Assembly (NCBI RefSeq): GCF_006345805.1 | Contig: NC_043001.1 | Location: forward strand, 51,956,001 to 52,020,000 | Length of the DNA stretch: 64,000 bases | Direction: 5' to 3' | From: Octopus sinensis | Lineage: Eukaryota | Shown: positions 1-14,687 of the stretch, in pieces | How the letters are laid out: each line of letters starts with the position of its first letter | How positions within the stretch are numbered: position 1 is the stretch's first letter | Position numbers and translations under genes: made by a program | The notes under the pieces: generated by a model | Databases searched by the model: none | What the model was told of the DNA's origin: nothing | The model's input: the letters and a program-made list of their open reading frames with translations, nothing else

Positions 1-50
1 CATCCTTGTTTAGAATTGTCAGCACTGCATAACGTGAAGCAGATAAATTA

Positions 51-551
51 CCGTAAATCCTCGAGTATAGTCCACTCTTGAGTATAATACGCAGAGGATT
101 TTTTAGGGGGCTGTACTTCTGCAAAACCTAAACCTTGTGTATAATATGTACCCCTTCTCTAACTTGAGTCGTGCGTAATTAGGCCAGCAGCACCTAGTCG
201 AACAAACACTTCCGCATATGCGTAATACAATAATGGTGATGTTCTTAACTGTTATATGGGAATGTAAATTTGTTTGCAAATTGTTTTTGTTACATGTTAT
301 TCTGTGTTCTGAATACATTTATTTTAATAAATGTTGCTTACTGCAAGTTATGGACGATTCTTTTATGACTTCATTGCTTTCAGGCTTAACTTAAGGTATA
401 TTCGCACCCGACATCACAAAATGCGTCTGAATAAACATTGCCGGACAGCAAATAGAGACTCGGACATTGCTTAGAAAATATTTTTCCTTTTTAACCTCGC
501 ATATAATACGCACTAGGGCAAAAAATGCGGATTATACTCGAGGATTTACGG
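51..551. mobile_element. Tc2/pogo-like MITE (Tc1/mariner superfamily), copy 1
   Basis: TIR CCGTAAATCCTCGAGTATA at 51 and its reverse complement ending at 551; TA on both sides (49-50, 552-553); non-coding; second copy in opposite orientation at 33431-33959. CCGTA termini are typical of Tc2-group elements. Confidence 0.85.
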
Positions 552-2139
552 TACGCTAAATTAAACACTTTCCGAAGTTTAACAATTCTTAGAGAAAGAC
601 AATAGTTTATAGATTAAAAGGTATTCAGGAGATGCGTTTGTTTTGAATGCTAGTTCTCCGCGTTTTCAATGAGACACTCTATTCTTTGTTTTCGGTTAGA
701 AATTCTAAAACTTGTAAAATTTTCTGAACATCACGTGACCGATGAGATATCTTATGTTTACGAATAATCATAGTCATTTGAAACTTTGCATTAATTTCAA
801 ATTTTTGTATCAGCCAGAGTACGATTTACTCATCTTGATTCTTTGATTAAATGTAATTTTTCAGGATTAAATACGATATCCTGCCAATCGAAACTAACAG
901 TGTAACATCGAAACTAACGCCGTTAAAACAGGTTTCTTCTTTTCATTAGAAATTTGACTTCCGTAGACTAGGCTGCTTGCTGTTACTGTTGCCATCATCT
1001 TTGTACTTGTCGGAAGTACAAACAAACTTGTCGGAAGTTTAAACAATAGTTTTAAAGTAAATATCTACAAACTGGTAAAACGTTTGTCAAACAATAAAGG
1101 TTTTAGTAGCAACTCTATTGCACATAAAAACGTTGCAAAAGTTTCGGGTGATAGATAGGAACACATTTTATAATTTATCGTAGAAATGACTCCATTTTTT
1201 ATGCGTTTAATGAAATGGTGTTTCATGGTCATTACAATGAAAATATCACCTGTAATGATAACATTAAAAAAAACTTTTTAAATACATCTGTACTAATGAC
1301 TCAAAAATAAATAAATAAATAAATAAAGAAAGAAATAATAAATAAAAGATTTCCAACGATATGCATCTTTTATATCTGTTTCGATGCAAAGTAAAATTAT
1401 ATGGCTTACGGAAGAAGTTTTAAAAATGAGAAATCACTCGACAATCAGATAATGGTTTAAACATTTTTTAAATGCGATGGAACTCGTGATGCCACTAACA
1501 ATGAACTATCGTTGTCGTAATGTCTGTAAAAGCGTTTTTCTGTTTGGCTACCAAGATTTCAAAGATCAAAATTTATTGAAAATTTTAAAATTTGGTGTAT
1601 TAATGTAGTTTTCCAAGCTGAATATTTTAAAAAAGTTATAGAGGTTTAAAGATTGATAATTTTCACCCAGTCAAGAAACAGGATTTCGAAGCTGTTATTT
1701 TGTGAAAGTACTGAAAATAGCACGTGTGTTTTTATATGAAATCGTAAAGAAACAAATTACGTACGATGTATAACCCATCATAACTTTTTAATTTTTTGGA
1801 ATTTTCAGAATTTTTTTCGAATTTGCATTCTACACGCGGGAATCCATCCATACGATTATGGCAAAAAGTAAATCTTGAATTCTTTTTCCCGCATCAAAAG
1901 GCGGTAACAGGTTTAGCGTACCATTATTTGGGCTCACGACCTACTTATTCAAATGTCTACTCGAAATTCAACTATATCATCATGGTGAACCATTTTATAT
2001 GGTATGCTGCATGTCCTGCACACCACCTTTTCTCCGAACTGAGAATAGATATTGACCCCAAGGTGTAGTCCAATGCAACCGACTAGTTCCTTTCCTCCAA
2101 ATTTCAGGCCCTGTGCCTATTATAGAAGGGATTATTTAT

Positions 2140-2162
2140 TTATTTATTTATTATTATTAATA

Positions 2163-2227
<65 letters not shown>

Positions 2228-2232
2228 TATTA

Positions 2233-2306
<74 letters not shown>

Positions 2307-2329
2307 TATTATTATTATTTGTATTATTT

Positions 2330-2381
<52 letters not shown>
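2140..2381. repeat. (ATT)n microsatellite
   Basis: Imperfect ATT run read directly; source of the poly-L/Y ORF 2052-2384. Confidence 0.97.
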
Positions 2382-2382
<1 letters not shown>

Positions 2383-2900
2383 GAGTGAGAGAGCAGTGCA
2401 TGCCATCAAAGTGACACCCCAGTATACCCATCATGACTACCCGTCTGATAAAGGTACACTAGACACATGTATCATAACTATATGTGCGCGACATGGTGAT
2501 CTCCTATCAAGATTAATAGCGCATGACCTTGCTGGTGGGGCTCAGTTAGAATTTTCTTCAGGTCAAGTAACACACCCCGCACAAAACATCCCTGAATAAG
2601 GTTTGTTTAAGGATGTTGAACGAAATACCCATGTTTCCAAAGGTGAATTATTCAAACCCCCAAAGAATTCTTCTCAAGACATGGCTATGATGCTCCCCCA
2701 CTACTTCTGATCGTGATCAGAGACGCACATATCGTCAGCCAATAAGGGACTTACTCAGCTGGTTATGGTCAAACAACTAACAAACAAACCTGTGGTATTG
2801 AGCAGAATATTTGCTGTAGCCCGTCTTTTACACCAAGACAGCGCAAGTACATGATAACACTTTCAATCAATTAAGATGAGAAGCTATGAAAGCCACTGCC
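2382..2900 (-). mobile_element. ~530-bp non-coding retroposon-like repeat with (TAA)n tail, copy 1
   Basis: Colinear with 3517-4050 along its length (GAGAGAGCAGTGCATGCCAT...GCCACTGCC); abuts (ATT)n, which reads as a (TAA)n 3' tail on the minus strand. Confidence 0.7.
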
Positions 2901-2904
2901 CTTA

Positions 2905-3425
2905 TCATCAAGGTAGGAAGCTGGAGGAATCGTTAGCACGCCGGGCGTAATACTTAGAGATGTTTTATCTGCTTCTTCGTTCTCAATACAAATTCCGCCG
3001 AGGTCAACTTTGCTTTCATCCTTTCAGGGTCGATAAATTAAGTACCTGTGAAATACTGAGGCCAATGTAATCGACTCATCCCGTCCCCTAAAATGGCTGC
3101 CCTGGCGGCAAAATTTGAAAGCATTATGATTATTATCATCAAGGCGGCGTGCTGGCAGAATCGTTAGCGGTATTTCGTCTGCCGCTACGTTCTGAGTTCA
3201 AATCCGTTTGTCTGTCCTTGTTTGTCCCCTCTGTGTTTAGCCCCTTGTTGGTAGTAAAGAAATAGGTATTTCGCCCGTCTATACGTTCTGAGTTCAAATT
3301 CCTCCGAGGCCGACCTTACCTTTCATCATTTTGGGGTCGATAAATTAAGTACCAGTTTTACACTGAGGTCGATATAACCGACCATCCTCCTACCCCAGAT
3401 TTTAGGATTTGTGCCTTTAGTAGAA
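2905..3425 (+). mobile_element. Two tRNA-derived SINEs (family A); the second is a chimeric dimer containing the Tx1-like tail
   Basis: Head GGCGGCG(A/T)GCTGGCAGAATCGTTAGC, B-box-like GTTCAAATTCC, central GCCTTTCATCCTTTCGGGGTCGATAAATTAAGTACC; the same motifs recur more than 10 times in the window. Confidence 0.85.
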
Positions 3426-3428
3426 AGG

Positions 3429-3487
<59 letters not shown>

Positions 3488-3516
3488 CATCATCATTATT
3501 ATTATTATTACTATTA
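3429..3516. repeat. (ATT)n microsatellite
   Basis: Read directly; source of the poly-N ORF 3417-3635. Confidence 0.95.
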
Positions 3517-4050
3517 TGTGAGAGAGCAGTGCATGCCATGAAAGTCACACTGGGGGAACGGGTATACGAAGCCCAGTATACCCACCATGGCTGCCCGTCT
3601 GATAAGGGTACTCCAGGCGCATGCATTACAACCATATGTGCGCAACATGGTAATCTTATAAGAAGATAAACAGCACATGACCTTGCAGGTGGGGACTCAC
3701 TTAGAATTTTCTTCAGGTCGAGTAGCCCATGTCGCTCAAAAGGTCCCTGAATATGGTTTGTTTAAGGATGTTGAGCGAAACACCAATGTTTCTAGAGGCG
3801 AATTATTCAAAGCCCAAAGAATCCCTCTCAACACATGGCTATAATACTCCCTACCCACCACTGCTTGTGATTAGTGATGCACATATCGTCATCTCAACTG
3901 ATTAAGGTCAAACAATTCTTAAGCTAATCTGGGGTATTGAGTAGAATATTTGCTGTAACCCATCTTTTATACCAAGACAAACGTACATGATAACACTTTC
4001 AATCATTTAAGATCAGAATCCACGGAGCCAGTGCCTAGTATTGCATCAGG
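3517..4050 (-). mobile_element. ~530-bp non-coding retroposon-like repeat, copy 2, with (ATT)n on both sides
   Basis: Homologous to 2382-2900; sharp boundary at ...TTGCATCAGG (4050) followed by TTATTATTATT. Confidence 0.75.
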
Positions 4051-4068
4051 TTATTATTATTATTATCA

Positions 4069-4350
4069 AAGGCGATGAGCTGGTAGAATTGTTAGCATGC
4101 CGGGCGAAATGCTTAGCGACATTTCGTCCGTCTGCACGTTCTGAGTTCAAATTCTGCCGAAGTCGACTTTACCTTTCATCCTTCCAGGATCGATAAGAGG
4201 AGTACCAGTTAAGCACTGGGGTCGATGTAATCGACTATCCCCCTCCCCCGAAATTTCAGGCCTTGTGTCTATAGTAAAAAGGATTATTATTAGGGCGGTG
4301 ACAGGTAGAATCGTTAGCACATCCGGCAAAAAAATCGCAGCATTTCTTCC
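4069..4350 (+). mobile_element. SINE family A, one full copy plus a 5' fragment
   Basis: Same head and central motifs; tail GGCCTTGTGTCTATAGTAAAAAGGATTATTATT. Confidence 0.85.
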
Positions 4351-5045
4351 GACTTAACATCGTGATTACCGATTGAGTAAGTTCTGGGGACGTGTTTTAG
4401 TATCCGATGGCTTCGATGGAGTGCCACTGCATTTCCCAACCCACCCGACGCAGCCAGTAAAATGATTGGATATAACATGAGTCTTAAGAACAGCATTAGA
4501 AGTGTCTTAGAGTTATTATTCATCAGGAACGCTCGTTTGCATTGATTTCAGGGTTTTGCGGGATTCATAATTATTTTGTTAATAATATTTATGGCAGATA
4601 ACGCCCTAAAGCAGGGCACTTCCGATTTGTTTACATTGGTAATGGATTTGAGATAAAGAGCGCTTGGATGACTGCAGGGTATTATTATTGGCTGATTTCT
4701 CACAATTCGTCTCAATGGACTTCTTCGTGCTGTGTAGATGGCCGAAGGGTGAAACTGTGTTATTATACTTCCTAAGAATTTTCTTTTTAAATGGCCTTGG
4801 ATTATATTCTGTTGCCTTTAGCGCTTCTAATGCTGCCTACAGCTTTTGGTTATTTGAATTGTGATTTGTGTTCAAGGAATTTTATCGATACTTTTTCTTT
4901 TGGAAGAATAGAGAAAGATGTAGTTAATCTTATTGTTGCTTAACTACTGTCACTATCTCTGTAGGCATGTTGTCAGTCTGTCTCTCCATCCATACATATA
5001 ATAATTAGCTCTAACGTAAACGGTTTAGTTTCTTATCATATCGTA

Positions 5046-5046
5046 A

Positions 5047-5085
<39 letters not shown>

Positions 5086-5205
5086 ACACACATACACATA
5101 CAAACACACACACACATACACACGCACATACAAACACACACACGCACACATACACATACACACACACACATACAAACACACACACACACATACACACACA
5201 CACAT
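5046..5205. repeat. (CA)n compound microsatellite
   Basis: Read directly. Confidence 0.97.
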
Positions 5206-5889
5206 GACATTTATAAGTACTCATCTATGTATTAGTGTATAAGATAAACGGATATTTTTAAAAGGACACGATTGCGGTTTAATTTGATCTTTCATAGCAA
5301 TATTTTGTGATTCCTTTTCAGTTCATAACATTTTATTTGGAACAGTAAAGATGCTAGATCTATCGATATTTTAAAATTTACGGTCGTATCTTTTAGATGA
5401 AGTAGTGATTGGTGGGGAGTGTTGTTGTCGTTCTATCACCATAAATCACGAGGAACATATGTTAATGATGACACCAGTATCACTAAATCTGAGAAAATGT
5501 TTGACCGTTATCGTCAACAATTAAGAAATTACTTAATTTGGTTACTAGGATGGGTTATGTGTGCATTAATTTTTTTAATTGTATTTTATTATTAACATGT
5601 TTTCTTGATTAATTTTTTCTTTTTGTTTTTGTTGGAATTTTGTGAGACTTATCTAATAAAACAGCTAATGATTTTCTATGAAGCTTTCTTTTCTATTGCT
5701 AATCTAATCTGATGCAATGACCACAGGAAAGTTTGAGTAAGTTTTATACTTTTATAGCTATGTAAAAGTTAGATTTATAAATTTTACATTAAATTAAAAA
5801 TTTTCATTAGACGTCTGAAGCTATTTATGCCAGTTATTGTCGAGGAGATTTCCATTTTGTTTTTGTATATTTTATTATAATGATGCATT

Positions 5890-6466
5890 ATACCTACCTA
5901 CCTACCTACCTACCAACTACCTACCTACGTGCCTACCTACCTACCTACCTACCTACCTACCTACCTACCTACCTACCTACCTACCTACCTGCCTACCTTC
6001 CTACCTACATATCTACCTACCTACCTACATACCTACCTACATACCTACCTACCTACCTACTTACCTACCTACCTATCAACCTACCTACCTACCTACCTAC
6101 CTACCTACCTTCCTACCTACCTACCTGCCTACTTACCTACCAACCTACATGTCTACTTACCTACCTACCTACCTACATTCCTACCTACCTACCTGTCTGC
6201 CTACCTACCTACCTACCTACCTACCTACCTATCTACCTACCTACCTACCTACCTACCTACCTATCTACCTACCTATCTTCCTACCTACCTATCTACCTAC
6301 CTACCTACCTACCTACCTACCTACCTACCTACCTGCCTGCCTACCTACCTGCCTACCTACCTTCCTACCTTCTACCTACCTACCTACCTACCTACCTACC
6401 TACCTACATACATACCTACCCACCTACCTACCTACCTACCTACCTACCTACCTACCTACCTACCTA
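5890..6466. repeat. (CCTA)n tetranucleotide array, about 580 bp
   Basis: Read directly; explains the three overlapping TYLP-repeat ORFs. Confidence 0.98.
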
Positions 6467-6885
6467 AAAGTTAGTCATATGCTACAAGCTAGTGTTTTGC
6501 CCAAGGAAAAATTGCTCTTTCATCTCTTGAATAGAACCTGTTAATATATTGTGTAGGAAATATGGAATAAACAAAAATACTCTTAATTAAATAACACACG
6601 CTTAACGGATGCCTAGAGGGGGAACTGTCATATCCTAGAGGAGAGGATGGAAAACTATGCCCACAGTCGGCAAACTATGGCCTTCGAGAAATACAACCCA
6701 CGGCATTTAATCCAGGCTGCAGAGTGTTTTTCGAACATATGATGCTGCATACAAAAATTCCATATTTTTTCGTATATCAATATTTTTACTATTCAAAGAC
6801 AGAACAAAAAGTTTCATTTTTGTAGTGGCTTGAAATGAGATCTATTCACTAATTTTTTCTTTGAGAAAAAAAAACTTGGTAAAAA

Positions 6886-7170
6886 GTAGGCGTAGGAGTG
6901 GTTCTGTGGTAAGTAGCTTGCCTACGAACTACATGGTTCCGGGTTCAGTCCCACTGCGTGGCACCTTGGGCAAGTGTCTTCTACTATAGCCTCAGGCCAA
7001 CCAAAGCCTTGTGAGTGGATTTGGTAGACGGAAACTGAAAGAAGCCTGTCGTATATATACTAGGCTTACAAAGAATAAGTCCTGGGGTCGATTTGCTCGA
7101 CTAAAGGCGGTGCTCCAGCATGGCCACAATCAGATGACTGAAACAAGTAAAAGAGTAAAAGAAAAAGAGA
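6886..7170 (+). mobile_element. tRNA-derived SINE family B, internally deleted
   Basis: Head GTAGGCGTAGGAGTGG..GTGGTAAG, GGTTCAGTCCC, CORE-like ACCTTGGGCAAGTGTCTT; tail CCAGCATGGCC...GAAACAAGTAAAAGA. It lacks the microsatellite-containing middle seen at 9650-10095. Confidence 0.85.
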
Positions 7171-7519
7171 GTAAAAACTTAAGTTTTCCTAGGTGTGATA
7201 TTTTAAGCTGTAAATATTTTCACCTTAAATAAATGATGCAACAGAGTCTAACACTGTCTCATATACTGTGATATTTATAGTAATAATTGATTCTAAGAAA
7301 GGAAGGTGTGATGAAAAAATGTTCAAATTGTCTTGAGGAAGCAAAGTTAACTGGCTCATAACCACATTTACCACGAAGCCATAATCACCTGCATAATCAC
7401 CTGTGCTCAAAGACATTCCAGCCATGATCATCACATCCTTTCTCCACTGAAATATATATCTAGGATTACATTATTTAATGTGCCCATCTCTTCTCTTAGA
7501 TTAGGGTGTAATGTGAATG

Positions 7520-7715
7520 CGAGACCGTGAGCACGCCGGACAAAACGCTTAGCGGCATTTCGTCCAACTGTACGTCCTGAGTTCAAATTCCGACTTTGCC
7601 TTTCATCCTTTCGGGATCGATAAAATAAGCACAAGTCGAGTACTGGGCTCACTGTTATCGACTTTATCCCTCCTCAAAATTTCTGGCCTTGTGCCAAAAT
7701 TTGTAAACGATACGA
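7520..7715 (+). mobile_element. SINE family A
   Basis: GTTCAAATTCC, CTTTGCCTTTCATCCTTTCGGGATCGATAAA, tail GGCCTTGTGCC. Confidence 0.8.
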
Positions 7716-7981
7716 AATTGAGATTTGGCAGATTGACTAGCTACAGGCTTAATCCATTGGAAGGGTTTCAGGAATGTTAAATGGTAATTAAGCTAATTAC
7801 TATGCACAATGAAGATACATTGCAAGCAAAAGAGAAGAAAAGTGAAATGATTGTTCTGTTATTGTAACAGAGAGCAAAGGAACTATCGTCGCTCAAACTA
7901 GTAGAAATAGCAGTCAAATCTTCCTGAAATCATACTCCTGCACTCGAGAGTCATGGCCGGAATATTTTTGATCACGACTGT

Positions 7982-8056
<75 letters not shown>

Positions 8057-8119
8057 GAGAGAGAAAAGGAGGAGAGATAAAAAATGTATATCTATCTATC
8101 TACCTATCTATTTATCTAT

Positions 8120-8212
8120 CGTATGAATGACGAAGCCACCTTGACTATGATCCTATGAACCGTGAAAATTAATACAGAGAGTTGCTTATTTGAAAAAAAC
8201 AAAAACAAAACA
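8120..8212 (+). mobile_element. Tx1 LINE fragment (end of ORF2 / start of 3'UTR) embedded in (TATC)n/(TATG)n
   Basis: CGTATGAATGACGAAGCCACCTTGA..ATCCTATGAACC matches about 28397-28440; preceded by TATC repeats (8088-8120). Confidence 0.8.
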
Positions 8213-8246
8213 TGTATGTATGTATGTATGTATGTATGTATGTATG

Positions 8247-10390
<2,144 letters not shown>

Positions 10391-10479
10391 ATCTAGTACA
10401 AAAAACAAACAGCCAAAACAAAACAAACAAAACAGAAACAAACAAACAAAACATTAATAGGATCTGTAAAGAGGTTATG

Positions 10480-11185
10480 TTATTAGGTCGTCAATTATGA
10501 AATTTGTAGTAAGGTATATGGTAAAATTTGACAGCTGCTCAATGAAAGTCAGAAACAGCAACGTTTGGAAGCCTGCAATTTGCTACTTTGTTGTAACAAA
10601 AATGAATCATTTTTGAATCGAATTGTAACATGTGATGAGAAATAGATCCAATGCAACAACCGTAAACGTTCAGCAGAATGGTTGGTTAAAGATGAACCGC
10701 CAAAATACAGTCCAAAAAGCAAAATTCATCAAAAGAAGCTGATGGTGTGTGTTTGGTGGTCTGGCGCAGGTGTGATCCATTATGATTACATTAAACCTGG
10801 CTCATCAATCACGGCCGAAGTATACTGCAGCCAAGTGGACCAAATGATGCAGAAACTTACAAGAAAAAAAAACCTAGGTTAGTCCAACAGACCCACTTCT
10901 ATTTTATTGTAAGACAACGCCAGACCACGCATCGCAAAAATGACATTGACAAAACTACAGGAGTTGGGGCTGGGAGTTCTCCATCATCTACTATACTCAG
11001 CTGATCTTGCCCCCACTAACTACCACTTCTTCCAGATTTTGGATAACTTTTTCATACGAAAAAAAATTAATTCCGACGATGCGGTAAAACAGGCCTTCCA
11101 ATATTTTATTGACTCTAGACTGCCAGGCTTTTACAGTTCTGGGCTGGACAAGCTACTGCTGAAATGGCAAAAGTGCATTGACAAT
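10480..11185 (+). pseudogene. Mariner (DD34D) transposase remnant
   Basis: FLNRIVTCDEK*, KLMVCVWW, DNARP and YSADLAPTNYHFF (YSPDLAP motif); multiple stops and frameshifts; no TIRs found. Confidence 0.9.
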
Positions 11186-12217
11186 ATTCATTGTATTTAT
11201 AAAACATTAGCAAACTTTTTTTTCTTTTCTACAAGTTTCATACTTGACGATATAACAAATTTTGGGATTAGATTTTCGTGTCGTTGAATGCTGAGCGAAC
11301 ATACCTATCTTAAAATGTGTTCCAGATGTGATTATCTCAATTTGTAATTTTTCATTTTTATGTCAGTGCATTTTAAGTCAAGTTCTATTTTTATATGTAA
11401 TTTCAAAGACATTTGGCTTTGATTTCTATATTTAAAGAACAGCACTCTCGTTGAAGAGTGGATTTAGTTTTTAAGTAAGTGTATATTATAGCGTAGCTAA
11501 TTAAGATTGGAATCTGCTTTTCTAAATTTTGTAGGGTGCTTGATAATAAATAACCAAACTTCGACATTTACTACAGAATCGAAGAATAAATTATCAAATT
11601 CGAGAGATAACGCCAGCTAATAGCCGCACGAAAAAATTGTAATTCAATAGACCTATCATTAGAAGTGTTCAGTTCTTTAATGGTTTACTTAAAGGAATCA
11701 GAAATCTATCGAGAGTATCTGTTGAAATGTAATTAGAATTCCTTAATCGATGTCCCTTTTAATGCTCCTGATTAACCAATCTCAGCAGGTAATAACAACA
11801 ACAGGAACAACGGCAACAGCAATAACAACAACAAGCGTTATCTAAAAGGCCTGCAGCGATTCAGTAATACATCAACTTTGAATAAATTATTTCTACATTT
11901 GGTATCAGCCGAATATTTAGCTAAGTTCTAGTTGACTTAATGGCAGCTGTAGAGGAGCATGATTAGTAAATCGTGGACAAAAATTCCTTACGCGTATTTT
12001 CGGTACGGTTCTGCGCATTATGAGTTCGAAACTAACCGAGGTTATCTTTGCATTTCATCCAACCAGAACTGCTTTAAATACTAATCAAATACTTGGGTAT
12101 ACGTATTTATCCATCTAGACACACACACACACACACACACCACACACACACACACACACACACGCACACATACACATACACACACACGCACACACACACA
12201 CAGAGAAATATGTATTG

Positions 12218-12251
<34 letters not shown>

Positions 12252-12254
12252 ATA

Positions 12255-12460
12255 TGCTTGTGTGTCTGTATTTGTCCCCCCAAAATCGCTTGACAACCGA
12301 TAGTGGTGTGTTTGCGTCCCCGTAACTTAGCGGCTCGGCAAAAGAGACCGATAGAATAAGTACTAGGCTTACAAAAATAATTGCTGGGGTCGATTTGCTC
12401 GACTAAAAGCGGTGCTTCAGCATGGCCGCAGTCAAATGATTGAGACAAATAAAAGAGAGA
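12255..12460 (+). mobile_element. SINE family B, 3' half
   Basis: Same tail motifs as 9900-10095. Confidence 0.85.
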
Positions 12461-12712
12461 GAGTAAAGGGTGTATATATATATATATATATATATATGTA
12501 CCAATTTAATACACAATTACGAAAAAGTTACTAATAGTTTCATACTTTTACGATACTTAAAACTGTCAGATTTTAAAAACACGGCATATGTCTCATGGGA
12601 TTTAGTAGACCATTCGTTATTGCGTATAAAATCGGTATTTAGCTCTCACTGGTTGAAGTACTTTTTGTCGTCGATTCTGCCTCTATTAGATCTCCCTCTC
12701 TCTCTCTTTCTC

Positions 12713-12758
<46 letters not shown>

Positions 12759-13139
12759 GTGACGCATATTTGCCATTTGAATATGGCTAACCCCTAAGGG
12801 TGGATGCTACTGTAGTTTGTAGCCCCAGGAAGATATCTCCTCCAGCTGGCTATAGACAGTGTCAATCGACACTGGAAAAAGTATATGTATTTGTGAAGGG
12901 AGCTGACTTCTCGTCGACAACCATGATTGTCACACGCTGATGAGAGGTAAACACCTTGAAACTCGAGTCCGTGTGTATCATGAGTTGAAGACGGGGAGGA
13001 CGACTTCCCTTCACAAATACTGAGAGGACAAAGATAGTGTGTCTATAGCCAGCTGGAGGAGATATCTTCCTGGGGCTACAAACTACAGTAGCATCCACCC
13101 TTAGGGGTTAGCCATATTCAAATGGCAAATATGCGTCAC
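12759..13139. mobile_element. Fold-back element with perfect 100-bp inverted arms (PLE pLTR-like)
   Basis: 12759-12858 is the exact reverse complement of 13040-13139; the 181-bp spacer carries a hammerhead. Confidence 0.9.
12931..12975 (+). ncRNA. Type I hammerhead ribozyme
   Basis: CACACG-CTGATGA-GAGG taaaca CCTT-GAAA-CTCGA-GTC-CGTGTG. Stem I 6 bp, canonical core, palindromic stem III ACTCGAGT, GUC triplet (predicted cut after 12969). Confidence 0.88.
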
Positions 13140-13196
13140 GATGTGTTACTGCTACTGTTTATAACACGCTCTGAGATTTATCATTATAAATAAATA

Positions 13197-13289
<93 letters not shown>

Positions 13290-13537
13290 GTAGAAATATG
13301 TTACAAAAAGAAAATATAACATACACGTGGAAATGTAAGGGTAAAATATGAAAAATCAACGAAAATGCACATTGCAAATAAAAAAAAAGGCTATTTATGA
13401 CAGGTAGTGACAAAATATGCATTTAGATTGACTGAGGTAGTAATACGAGTCATAAAAGTCATTATTATGAGATGATTAAAAGATGATAATTAAGTAAGAG
13501 AACAAACGGACCATGGTTTACGCAAAGCTATTCATCG

Positions 13538-13573
<36 letters not shown>

Positions 13574-13602
13574 ATGACATATTATATATTTTTTGATATA
13601 TA

Positions 13603-13642
<40 letters not shown>

Positions 13643-14108
13643 TATATATACATATGCATACATACATGCACACACACACACACATATACATACATATATA
13701 TGTTCACTTAAATGGAGTCGCTTGTAACGATCGTACTGCATTACTTCTGGACATCCTGTTGCTTATTTTGATATATATTTATATATATGTATGTATATCT
13801 TTTATCTTTAACTTGTTTCAATCATTAGACTGCGGCCATGTATGATGCGTCTAACTGGTGGTTGTGTGCGTACGCGCACGTTTGTCGTGTGTGTGTGGGG
13901 TAGCTGCTGGTGGCACTCTATGTACGTGTGCGCGTGATGTGTGAATATATTTTCTCTTTGTGCATATATGTGTGTATGGTATGCAGTGAGATGAAAGTAT
14001 TTATATTATTCATAAGGTATTTGATTAATAAATGTATTAAATTTTGCCTTCTCTCTCTCTCGCTCTCAATCAATCAATCAGTCAGTCAATCAATCAATCA
14101 ATTAATTA

Positions 14109-14179
<71 letters not shown>

Positions 14180-14577
14180 CAACTTAGGCTTTTCTTCTTT
14201 TTCGTAAGCTTTTCTTCCCACGGATAAACCTTACTTGCTTTCCCCTTTACACCATATATCATAACACTGTGATACACGATCCCTATTGATCGTTTTTTTC
14301 CCTCTTCCCCTTTTTTCCCCCTTTTTTCTTCTTTTTTCATTTCTCTTTTCTTTTGTTCCTTTTCCTTTTCTTTTTTCTATTTTTCTTTTTTTCTTTTTTC
14401 TTTTATTTATTTATTTTTTGTTCTTTTCTTCCCTTTTACGATCCCTCTTGATCGAAAACCTACGCCACCCCATTTTTTGTTTCTTTTGTTTTTTGTTTTT
14501 TTTCATCCCCCAAAAGAAAAGCTCTACCTTGTAACTTGTCCCATCTGTGTGCAGCCCTGTGTGGCCAATAAAGAAAC

Positions 14578-14578
<1 letters not shown>
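14180..14578 (+). mobile_element. 5'-truncated Tx1 LINE (3'UTR only), with (TATC)n on both sides
   Basis: Colinear with about 28500-28857 through ...GCCCTGTGTGGCCAATAAAGAAACT; TATC arrays at about 14110-14179 and 14579-14655. Confidence 0.92.
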
Positions 14579-14656
<78 letters not shown>

Positions 14657-14687
14657 AACATACGTGTATATATTTATATATATCAAT

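Noticed and set aside
560-1800. Possible non-autonomous DNA transposon
   Set aside because: It looks repetitive in style, but I found no TIR, TSD or second copy in the window.
4350-4900. Possible LINE 5' fragment on the minus strand (FGHLHSTKK-like)
   Set aside because: Only a weak motif resemblance; no catalytic motifs.
5388-5525. Candidate exon after TTTTAG (EVVIGGECCC...)
   Set aside because: Runs into a stop with no convincing donor site or recognisable domain.
6886-6960. tRNA genes at SINE heads
   Set aside because: A/B-box-like motifs continue into SINE bodies, and no full cloverleaf could be drawn.
10682-11287. SETMAR-like host gene
   Set aside because: No SET domain; multiple stops and frameshifts show a dead mariner.
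11700-11960. Possible conserved non-coding enhancer (TAAT/TGATTA-rich unique sequence)
   Set aside because: Such motifs are expected by chance in AT-rich DNA; it needs cross-species alignment.
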